A DNA stretch of 64,000 nucleotides. It comes from Laetmonice hystrix (Eukaryota). Both the position numbers and the translations under genes were made by a program. A model generated the notes under the pieces. It searched no databases, was not told where the DNA came from, and was given only the letters and a program-made list of their open reading frames with translations. Within the stretch, counting starts at the first letter, position 1. Each line of letters opens with the position of its first letter. The DNA lies in NCBI GenBank assembly GCA_965235115.1, contig OZ249442.1:28706001-28770000 (forward strand), in the 5' to 3' direction. Positions 38,943 to 50,122 of this stretch are shown piece after piece.

Positions 38943-41917
38943 ACTGCTAATCTTGTGACTAGAACCCAATCTATTCTCTGGCTAGGCCTGCTGACCAGGA
39001 CATAATGGAACACTGAGCGGAATGGTTCCATATCTAGGCTGTAGTCCCTCAGTACTACTGAGGGACTGAAAAACAACACTGCTTGAGCAAAGTGTTTGAA
39101 ACAAAATCTTTCCTAAGTCAGGCCCAGTATTAAAATCTTAAAATAAACGGCGAGATAGGATACAAAGGTCAGCCCATGCTAGCGCAAGATGATTCCTAAG
39201 TTATGTTTATACTCTAGGATAACGAAATCTGCTACAAGAGATGGTAACCCCAGTTTTAAAACTACAACGAGAGATGCTGTGTTCAGGTGTAAGAATGTGG
39301 GGATGCATTGATTTCATAATGGGCTGCTTTTAAATATAATGAATTTTTAAACACAAATTAAATACAAGTAGAGAGTGTTGGTAAAGTCTTGAGTTAGGTT
39401 TTAGATTCGAAACTGGGCAAACGACTAAGCTGAGTTTGTGAGAGATAGCTCTGTGATGTTTCTAACGGCAGGCGATATGGGAACCGTGGAGGTTATAAGA
39501 TCAGGAAGGAGTGTGCGATGCGTCGTCGTCGCTGACCACTGGAATGCCTAAGGTGCTCGGAAGATTCTGTCAACTTTTTAAGCCCTGTTCAACTCGAGGA
39601 AGTAGGGGTTGGACAGGACTTAAAGAACTCGTGATACATAGAAATGTCTCTTTGTGTACTAGATGGTCAAAAGGGAGGTTGACTCTGAGGAAAGAGAGTA
39701 GGGCAGTGGCGCTGAAATGGACAGTTTGTGCGGAGGTGTAAATTAATGCTGGACGGGTGAGTAATGATTTTAGAAATTATCAGAAAAGTGGCTGCAAAAG
39801 CCTGAATTCGCTGCCATTCTCTGCACCTTGACACCAACATGATAACTTGATGAAGCTGTGATAATTAGAGGTAAGGACGGTTTTTAAAAAGTGCAACATG
39901 AGGAAGGCTTGTCCAGGAGGAAAGAAAGAACGTACCGGAATAAGCAAGCAGCTAGTGTGAATCTCGCAGACAAGCTGTTGCAACGGGACTCGATAGTGTG
40001 GGTGGGGGTTGATTTCTTCTGTGACCACAAGAAAAGGGTAAAGATGAATTGTTCGGAATATTACAGAAATCCCTTTAAAACTAAAGGTAGAAAGAATGCA
40101 GTATAGCTGGTCGGGTATGTCAGTAAGGGCAAAGCTGGCAATGCCCTCTGTAATGTTAAAGATACTGTAATCTGAGCTTGCTGTGCAGTTTGTTCCACTG
40201 TGACGTGTGTTGAATTCTCGCAGTGTTAATATTTGTTTGGTTGAGTTTCCACAGCTGACGAGATGACTATAACTTGTCGCGTGGTGACGCTCAGTTCATT
40301 GTCCTGCTTGACTTTAGTAAAACGGATGTTTACCGGATCAGTCAGTTGTAGCCGCAGATCAAAGCCTGAAAGTGAATGACCTTCTATTATGATGCATGCT
40401 TTTGTTTTAACAATTTTGTAAGTCTTTTTAAATGAAATAAAATATTTATAGTGATATGATCTCAACTGAAGTAGAATGACTCAGTGGAGTGGAGAGGAAG
40501 GTACCCTGGTCAGAGTGGTGCTTTCCCAGTGTTCAACACAGCGGGTGCACCATCATGACAGTTAGTGCACCATCGTGACAGTGCACAGTATCTGTCACAG
40601 TGAGTGCACCATCGCGACAGTGCACATTATCCATTACAGTGAGTGCACCATTATGACAGTGCCCAAGTCCTAATATGTACATTTTATAGAATGCCTAGGC
40701 TGTAATCGTATAAATGACAATCTTGTATCGGATATCAAGGAATTTCTCGTCAAGGGTAATCGAGCCATAGAAGTAGGCTAGGAATAAAAGGGTGGCCTTC
40801 GCAGGACAGTTGAGGTTTGGATCCCCCTTGAACAGTTGTTCATCCAAACGTGTTTTTGTTTTAGAATTCTATGACGGCAGAAAGCTTACCAAAGCCGAGG
40901 AAGCACTAGTGAATACCTCACCTTGCAATACTAGCTGGTTTTTGGATGTGTCTTAGCCTAGCTGTAGTAGAATTAGGGAGTGACAAGATACACTCCACCT
41001 AAAAGCCTCCCAAAATGACCTCAGAATACTAGGTGATGCTCAATGTAGCAATCCTAAAAGGAACTGTGTTAACAGCCGTCAAACTCCTCAAAGCGATTGG
41101 TACTCGGGTTCGAACCGAGGCTTGGGTTGCTCTGTGTTTCAATGGCGCACATACTGTGCTCTGGTTGTTTCGCCACTTTACCCAGTATTACTCGTGTATG
41201 TATGCAGGCTAGGTCAGAGGCTGCATGGCCAGACTGGAGGTATATGGTGGCGTGTCGATGTGTACACATAACAGAACATATATATTGGCAGAGATATCGA
41301 TACTATTTCTTTTCTGTACATTTTTATGCGTGGTGGACTAAAACATTTTATAATGGGGGGTGGGGGTGTGAGAAGAAACAGGAATTGTTTATTTCTGATG
41401 CAGTATATGATCTTGGGAGGTTTCATGTACCCAGCAGGATTGTAAGAGTGATAATATTGGTTACACAGGGCATTATGTAAAACGTTCTGTGAAGGTTCAG
41501 ATATGTGAATAAATGGGGATATTTGGTCTTATTAGACAAGGTATCTTATTTCTTATCTCTTGGAGTGTTCGGTCTTGTAAGGCGTTCTGTTTCCGTTAAC
41601 TTGAAATGTTGTACAGTGTTAGAAGCTGAAGCGACCCAATACTAAGGTCATTTCAGCCATTTTGTACATAGTAACTAATACACGCATTAAGTAACAAATT
41701 GTTCAGGCATGACTGAGCTCTAGGTAATTGATAACATAGAGGTGTAATCTAAAAGGTTGAAGTAAATTTTGTTTTATGAGGTGGTTAAAGTATATTATGG
41801 GTATACGAGCCTGTATTGTTGTGTGTTGAAAAGTGTAAAAGTGTGAGTCTCAACCCATGCATTCTGGTATAACCCATGGTCCAGTGGAGAACCCAGCCAG
41901 GCCACCACCCAGGATTG

Positions 41918-42218
41918 GGGTCAAGGTCGGTCAGTGCCTGTTGACCTTGATTATTGGGGTCAATGTCGGTCAGTGTCTGTTGACCTTGACCCTCGAGTAT
42001 TGGGGTCAAGGTCGGTCAGTGCCTATTGACCTTGACCCTCGAGTATTGGGGTCAAGGTCGGTCAGTGCCTGTTGACCTTGACCCTCGAGTATTGGAGTCT
42101 AGGTCGGTCAGATGTCTGCTGACCTCGACAATCAAGAATTGAGGTCAAGGTCGGCCACTGACTGTTGACCTCGATCCTCAAAGATCGAGGTCAAGGTCGT
42201 TCACTGGCTGATGACCTT
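41918..42218. repeat. Array of ~7 hairpin units (~46 bp)
   Basis: GGGTCAAGGTC-GGTCAGTGCCTGTT-GACCTTGACCC-TCGAGTATTG, degenerating to the right. Confidence 0.85.
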
Positions 42219-43791
42219 TCTGTGCCAGGGTTTGGTCATGGTCACTCCTGACGTGACCAGGGACTGGCCCTGAGAGGCCTCTTTGGGTGACATTTCTCAT
42301 GAGCAGTTTTCACGAACCTTCACCAGGGTGTGCTCGTCAGATTCCAATGTGATTGTGTGTCTTGTGTCTGTGGCAGTTCAATATGTCTTTGTGACGAGTT
42401 GTTGTGATGCGTTGCTGTTCGACCATGAGAAATCAAACGTGTTATTTGCTGAGTGTATGTGTGTCGATGACGTTTAGGTGCCAGGATGTACTGTAGGTTG
42501 GCTGACTGCCTGTAAAATCTCTACGATTGCTGGGGTATTCTGGTTGGCAACTGGTGAACTTAAACCATTGCGAGGATGAAATAAGTTGTAACTCGTTGCT
42601 AAATCAGTAGCCTGTATCTTATGTTGTCAACTGGCAGACCCAAGCAAGTGTTAGAGCAGTCTGGGACTAGTTGACCAAGACAATCGGTAAAAGGCATCCT
42701 GAACTGACGTGATTTTGTTTCTACCACGTGCAAGGCCGAATTGTGTGGCGTTTGGTAAGTGGTGTTTTTGGTGTGGATGTGTCCCGAATGTATCGGAGTG
42801 GAGTCTGTAGAGAGTGTACGGGAGGTTTGGGGCGGAGGCTGACTGAGCAGGGTTTGGTTCCGAGGTTAGGGGCTGCACAGTTCACCTACACACTGGGTAC
42901 GGCGACCACTGGGGCGTGGGTTTCTGGTTTAATCATCGTGTATTCTAACGAAACACTTCTGCTCAAGACTACTTCAACTAGAAAGTGATAAACAGATACA
43001 CTTGTACTACAATGAAATGAGACGGCACCCCGTATATCTGACGGTCGAGAGTTGGCAGAGCCAGTGAATGAGTACAAGATGTGTTTTACTACAGATTTTG
43101 CTGTGTGTGTGTACAGAGTCAGTGTGTGCCTGTGGGTTGTTTGAGTGGTTTTTCTTGTTAATATTTATGATGGATGAATGACGTACAAGTGGTCGACTGT
43201 CTACGAGATCTGGGAGAAGCTGCGAGTCCTGGCTTGGTCGTAAACTTTCGGCAAAGTTACTGGGCTATTGACACCTCCATCTTAGACTAAAATATTCAAC
43301 GAGTCTACATGTGCAGAAAGAAAGTGAAAAGTATAACAGTTTTGTAGACATGTGGAATGCCCGTAAGTTTCCTTTAAGAGAATTTCCAATAGAATGCATT
43401 TTGTCAGGGCAGAATAATGAACTCTGCTCATGTCGAGGCTAGAAGTCTTAATTTACTGAACGCTTTTATAGTAACAGATCTGATCTTCGATCGACTTTTA
43501 AATTATCCACCTCTTTATTCGAGAATCAAAGGAAAAAGTGTGCGTAAAGGGTGACTTTTTTTGTAATGTTTGGCGGTGTAGCTGTTGTGATATTATGGTG
43601 CGGAGCACGGGTTGGGTGCCTTCTGCTTGACTGGCAGATCGTTTGCCAAGTTAGGCGTGTGTCTCTACTGTCGGGAGTGTCTTAGCAGATAACAGAAAAA
43701 TACTGTAGGACCAACTGGTCTTCCGCGTGTGAGTGTGTGTGATGTTTACTGTCATGTTGAAGTGGAACGGGATTTTACTGTCTATAAGAAT

Positions 43792-43840
43792 AATAAAAAT
43801 ACTTTATGATATAATTGTTTATTGTTTGGTTCCTTTTTGA
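43792..43840 (+). other. Candidate polyadenylation site ending a long TRPC4AP 3'UTR
   Basis: AATAAA at 43792-43797 followed by a T/GT-rich tract; the GT-rich plus-strand composition from the stop codon ends about here. Confidence 0.4.
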
Positions 43841-44166
43841 TTACATTCTCTTTTACTATCCTGAGATATATGTGCTGCAGGACCTTTAGAAACTTTTGAA
43901 TCCGTAAAGTACAGTCAGCAATGTTAGGCGCAGTGGTCCAACGAAAGGAACTGCTTGTTCCTTCACTTTACTTCCTTAAAAACAAAAAAAAACGTTAATC
44001 CATAATTTAGAAATCCGGACATTTTCTTATTTAGCCCCTTTTTTTGGGGGGGGGGGGGAGGGTCATCGAAAAAGAGTACTTCGTACGCCTGTGAAAATGT
44101 TGAATCGCCCCTCGCTCAAAATATTGAAAAGTCGGCCGTTTTGACCAACTCTGCCGGGAACCAGTC

Positions 44167-44883
44167 GGGAGTATGGAATACCGGCGACGACATGCGGGAT
44201 GCGAGATACAAAAAGCGACATGGGGCCAGCGAGATGCGAGAAGCGACATGCAACAAGCGACATGGGACCAGCAAGATGCGAGATGCGAAGCGACATGGAC
44301 CGAGCAGTGTCAATAGCAAATAGAATGTTTCTTATAAACACCGACATCAAATTAGCGCCTGTTTAACAACAATTTTGGGACTAAACTAACACTAACCCTA
44401 GGTCTAACCTTTACCCTAACCCAAACACCCAGTTTCGTGTCGGAATTAGTCAAACTAATTTAGGTCGGCCGTTTCCGTGTTAGTGTCAATAGCCAGTCCC
44501 AAACTAAAATTTGTGGTCATGATAGGACAAAAACCACATTATTACTTTTATTCCATATCCATAGCTTTAAGAGGCAGGGGGGGGGGCTCAGGGTTTTTTC
44601 GGACAATCCGTCGTGAAAATATACCGGCGACGACATGCGAGAAGCGAGAAGCGAGATGGGACCAGCGAGATGCAACAAGCGACATGCTACCAGCGAGATT
44701 CAGCAAGTTGTGAGAAGCGATTTCATTCTCCTGTAGCTTGCATACGCTGCGATAGAAGAATGAAATCGCTTCTCACAACTCGCTGGTAGCATCTCGCTGG
44801 TAGCATGTCGCTTGTTGCATCTCGCTGGTCCCATCTGGCTTCTCGCATCTCGCATCCCGCATGTCGTCGCCGGAATTCCATAC
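44167..44883. repeat. Composite foldback element with nested inverted arms
   Basis: CCGGCGACGACATGCG at 44181 and 44624 both pair with CGCATGTCGTCGCCGG ending at 44873; inner palindrome 44624-44873; CCCTAA-type motifs at ~44395-44425. Confidence 0.7.
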
Positions 44884-45360
44884 GGGAGGGCTGGTCCCGA
44901 CTGCAGGTAAAACAAATCATAGCCCATTTGAAAAACGAATCGGGCTGTAGTTGACCTAACTCAGAACCCTCGAACACTGTCCCGACTGTGGCCAGCTGTC
45001 ATTGGTGACAGTGTCTGGCAGGCTTCACAAGCATGTAGAACTGCTTCACTATTCTCCCGCTAGGGGGCCCCTGGCGGTGGCGGAGTGAGCCGTGTAACAC
45101 TGCTACACAAGCATGTAGACATCTTTCAAGGACTCCTCTCATTATCCGTTTTTGTTTTCATCACAAGTTGCTTTCACTATTACCCGCTACTTCTTTGATC
45201 TATTTTAAGTCATGATTGTTTTCCTTATTTTCGTTGATTCTGTAACAATCGCACAGTTACCTTTCAATAGATTTCTGTGCCTTTAAAATACAATAAGTGG
45301 CACTATACACTCCATCATGAGGTTAAAGGTCAACCCTATTAAGTAGGTCTTCAGTATAAT

Positions 45361-48300
45361 TTAGTCTTTCTTATGACTGGCTTGCTGTTCCCGCTCTAAT
45401 TTACATCTCCGAATGATGACATCAAAATACTGGAGGTAGCCGAGGGACACGATACGGAACAGTGCCATGCAGGCCAGCTGTTGGAGAACGTCGGTGATGG
45501 CCGTAGCGGGAGACATTCCGCAGGTCAATATCGACAACATCCAGCCATCTATTCCCATGTAACTCTGGAATTTACCCGCCTAGAAACAAATGGTTAAATT
45601 TCACTGTGAATATTACTTTACAAAACTTGGGCTGCATATCTCTATACGAAATAAAGGATATGGGATGTGAACAAAAAAGATGGTCGGTAAGAGAAAAAAA
45701 AACTTTTGACGACCGGTAAGTAACCGAATACGTGTAAAACTTCTATTTTGTGTGACGAGGGTAGAAACCTCAAGTATTCAGGTATATTTCGGTACCATGC
45801 AATTGCTGGTAGGTAACACAAATATCCCAAAACAGTTTCCCTATGTTATAGACGAAGCTTACCACAGCGTCATTGATGACCACGTTGGCCACGTACTCTG
45901 CCTGAAACAATCCTGCCGTCTCTGAGATGAGTCGTGTCTCCTTAATCTGAAGTGCATCACAACATCACTTAACAACGGCAATATATTCAACAGCATACTT
46001 CTATTTTTTTGAAGTGATTTTCTATCAAGGCTTTTATAATTGTCTTAATCAAAGCAATTTCTAAACCTATATGTTTAAACTGAAATGCACGCAGTAGAAA
46101 AAAAACAATACTCAAAGATTCTCAGCAGTAAAGGCTACTTCAATTGTGTTTTATATTTATTCTGATTATTGCAGCATTCTACCCGAAATACCGTACTTTT
46201 CTTATTGTTTTAAAAAGTAAGACTTACTTTGGTTGCATTTTCTTCTGCAAAGCCTGGAGTGTCCGTATCAGGAGGGAAGGCTAAAGTCACACGGATATTG
46301 TACGGCTTTACCTGCACTCAAACAAATAAAAAAAACAGTCATGCTGTTCAGTTCCCCTAATTGTGATATACAACTACCATATATTTGAACGGACTATAGA
46401 TCAAATTACATAATGAAGTCTACCTATTTTGTGGGTTTGGAGATAGAAATTTAAAATGAAAAGTTTTCTACCTCCATCTGAAGGGTTTCTGCCATGCCTC
46501 TCAGTGCAAACTTGGAGGCAGAGTATCCCGAGTAACCGTAAAGTCCAAGCTGACCAGCCTGGGATGAGAAGAATACAATTCGTCCCTCCTCTCGCTCCTT
46601 CATACCCTTGATGACAGCCCGTGTCGCATTCACCGCACCAAAGTAGTTAACATCCATCAGTTTCTGAATGAGGTAATCAATATGACAGAGCCAATAATAC
46701 TCTCCATAATCTATCATAAATTATATCTAAAAGGAACATATATATTATAGCCATACACATAAGTTAACCAACCAGAAATACATTGTATAAAGAAGAAATT
46801 TTAAAAATCTGATATTACTCTTTCTTATTTTGAAAGGTTCTTTTAAAATGGAAACACTTGAAATCTATCAGGTCTGTTTTGCTGGGAGTAGAGTGGCTTT
46901 TACCTTGAAGTCTTCTACGGGAATATCTTCAAACTTTCCATTGGTGGACCAGCCAGCAGCATTGAAGAGCATTGCAATGGGTCCAAGCTTTTCTTCAGCC
47001 TAGGTGAAAGACACAATTAAAATTTTTTCTTTAAGTTTTTCTTCATTTTACGAGAAGCCATAGCATAGCCTATTATCACCTTCTTAGAACTTCTTAGAAA
47101 ATATAAAGAGAATAATGAAGGATGATGATAATATATTTAAAATATAAATGCCAGTGGAACGGTTAAAGCACAATCACCAAGAAAGCCGGCAGAATATACA
47201 AGGGTGAACAAGCCTTTTTACCTGTTTCAGTGCCTTATCAACTGCCGCGTAGTCTCTCGTTAGGTCAAGGGAGATGCAGACAACTTGCTGGAATGAAAAA
47301 CATTAGCACAACATAAAATAGTTTACCTGGATCTGGTACATCTGTGAGCATGGCCCTGCTCTTTGGATGAGACAAGGAAATATTTTAAATATTCCACAGA
47401 GTTAGGGTCTATTAAAAATAAAAGATTTAAATTTAAATTACTAACCTGTGTGTTGGGATTCTTCAAGTTTTTTTCCACAAGTGTCTTCGCCTCGACTAGT
47501 CTTGCCTTTTTTTAAAATAAGAAATTTGCAGTTACTTGCCTTTCAACGTGATGTCATGGATATTTACACAGGAACAGGATTTCTATTCAATGGTGGTTAC
47601 TTCTGCATTACTGGTGATTACAACAAGGCATTTTACTCTAAAAAATTAGCTGTACTGGTACTTTCAAAATATTTACCAAACCATTTGTCATAAAGGAAAC
47701 ATATAATAGGCCTATATTGTACCAACCACTAGGCAAATTTAAACTTTACTCATGCAGGCTTTTTGCATTCATTACCGGTAGGCCTACCTGGTTTCTGGCC
47801 AGTAATGAAACATTTGCTCCACGCTTTGCCAGTTCGACAGCTGCCGCCCGGCCAATACCACTTGATCCCCCTGTAATCTGTTGAGGAGATACCAGTCCAT
47901 CTTTACTTTAACTTTAGTTTATCTCGTTTATGCTAACAAGCAAAATTCACTTAAATTTTGATGTTAGAAAAGAGACTGAGTGTATGCAGGGTGTAAAATT
48001 GGGGGCGAGACAGAGTGCGCCCTTTGGGCGCAGAGGCCACCTGTCCAATGCGCCCGGATTTAGTTCAGTGCGCCCGGATCATTTTAAAGTGCGCCATAGT
48101 GACAGTGGCGACCCCCCCCCCCCACCCATGTAAAACACATTTTTCTAAACAATAATTTGTGCATGTGTAGTGCAGACAAAAAGGTGGATGAGTCATAAGA
48201 CAAGTTTTGATTTTTATTCCTACCCGGCACTCACTAGTCAGGGCCGTAGCCTGCCGCCCCCCCCCCCCCCCCTGGGATTTCCAGTTTTTTGAACCCACAG

Positions 48301-49979
48301 CCCGGGCCAGCTCGACCGGCGCAATGACGCGATATCACATGGCAGGTCTACTGCCCCCCCCCCCAACGGATTTGGGCCAGGCTACGGCCCTGCTAGTAGT
48401 CAGTGACAACAGGGCTGCGGCTCTCATTCGTAGGCTGCAGACACCTTGACCCAGCCTTCTGCCAGTCACGGACAGCTTGGCTGGGGTCGAACATGTCCAC
48501 CGTGTCCACCCCCAGTGAGGAATGGAATAAGATTCAATCACTGCGCTCTGGATGGATCATCCCATTCCATGAATAGGGAGGGACAGCAGGGTACACAGTC
48601 TGCGGACTGCTGTGACACACGTGTGGCTTGCCCGGAAGGTCATCGCTGGCGCAAGACGGCAAATCATCCAATGCGCCCGGCGGGCGCATAGGGTCATCAT
48701 GTGGATGCGCCCGGAGCAAAAATAATGCGGCATGCTGCATGCCGCACCGCTAATTTTACACCCTGGTATGTTATAATACATTTATCTAGGCCTAATTATT
48801 TTTCAGTCAACCGGTATTACAGACTGTGCTGTAGTAGTAAATATATCATCTATAGGTGGTTGCACAGTTAATATATCATCTATAGGTGGTTGCACAGTTA
48901 ATATATCATCTATGGGTGGTTGCACAGTTAATATATCATCTATAGGTGGTTGCACAGTTAATATATCATCTATAGGTGGTTGCACAGTTAATATATCATC
49001 TATAGGTGGTTGCACAGTTAATATATCATCTATAGGTGGTTGCACAGTTAATATATCATCTATAGGTGGTTGCACAGTTAATATATCATCTATAGGTGGT
49101 TGCACAGTTAATATATCATCTATAGGTGGTTGCACAGTTAATATATCATCTATAGGTGGTTGCACAGTTAATATATCATCTATAGGTGGTTGCACAGTTA
49201 ATATATCATCTATAGGTGGTTGCACAGTTAATATATCATCTATAGGTGGTTGCACAGTTAATATATCATCTATAGGTGGTTGCACAGTTAATATATCATC
49301 TATAGGTGGTTGCACAGTTAATATATCATCTATAGGTGGTTGCACAGTTAATATATCATCTATAGGTGGTTGCACAGTTAATATATCATCTATAGGTGGT
49401 TGCACAGTTAATATATCATCTATAGGTGGTTGCACAGTTAATTTCCGTGATCACAGAATCGCAGAATTTCCTATCTGAAACAGACCGGTAAAAAACGGAA
49501 AATGCATTTTTTCCCTAAAATTGTTCATTCCCGCACTATTGCCGTAATAAGGATTTATTTACGCAAATTAGGCCTACTCTAGTTCTTGGTGACCGTATTT
49601 TCACTACCCGTACCTTTGACCAAAACCGACTTGTTTATGGAGAAAATGTGGAAACAGAAAAAAAACCCCAGATTTTATCATTTGCAAAATCTGGAATTTC
49701 CTGGTAACGATCATGGAATTTGACAGGCTACTTTGCCTACTTTGTCTCTGCTCAGACTCTGCCAGACTCAGACTGAGTCTCTCACTCTCAGACAGTCAAG
49801 TCAGAGTAGACGAGACTTGCTCGACTAAGTTTGATCGACTCTGCCACTTCCCGCGGGTGTCTACGTACCAATACATGTGCACCGTCCACCTTGACTGGCC
49901 GAGGTGATAGAAGAGGGGAGATCATGTAGAGTGCCAGAAGCACGATCACAAATATAACCACTGCCACAATATCAAACAT
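45361..49979 (-). CDS. KDSR: 3-ketodihydrosphingosine reductase (SDR family), 9 coding exons, ~333 aa
   Basis: Minus-strand exons 49979-49869, 47877-47788, 47505-47446, 47287-47222, 46999-46904, 46663-46472, 46311-46228, 45946-45863, 45579-45361. N-terminal TM segment, [16 protein letters not shown], catalytic [16 protein letters not shown]-terminal hydrophobic hairpin. Confidence 0.97.
47987..48765. mobile_element. hAT-like MITE (CAGGG termini), 5-bp TSD, in KDSR intron 1
   Basis: GTATG|CAGGGTGTAAAATT ... AATTTTACACCCTG|GTATG; subterminal TGCGCCC repeats. Confidence 0.75.
48239..48392. mobile_element. Nested hAT-like MITE, 5-bp TSD
   Basis: CTAGT|CAGGGCCGTAGCCT ... AGGCTACGGCCCTG|CTAGT, inside 47987-48765. 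Confidence 0.75.
48841..49440. repeat. Minisatellite, 30-bp unit x20
   Basis: ATATATCATCTATAGGTGGTTGCACAGTTA; I saw only one variant unit (A>G in unit 3). Confidence 0.98.
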
Positions 49980-50069
49980 CTTTCTAAGTTAGTTGCCCGG
50001 CGGTCTGCTATGCCTATGCCGGATGTTCAACGTTCACACCTTCTTCTCTGAAAACCTTCAAAAACGATT

Positions 50070-50122
50070 CCACCAGGTGGCAGTGTTTGGCTGGAGACCT
50101 GCGCCCTCTGGTGGCAGTTTGT
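50070..50122. promoter_or_regulatory. CTCF-consensus-like motifs just upstream of KDSR
   Basis: CCACCAGGTGGCAG (50070-50083, +) and CTGCCACCAGAGGGCGCA (50100-50117, -). Confidence 0.5.

Noticed and set aside
43330-43400. LLEILLKETYGH on the minus strand, faintly like the GHP motif of Mononegavirales L
   Set aside because: The Pro is missing and no downstream polymerase motifs are seen.
48803-49478. 210-aa and 188-aa ORFs
   Set aside because: Pure 30-bp tandem repeat in KDSR intron 1, with no unique coding context.
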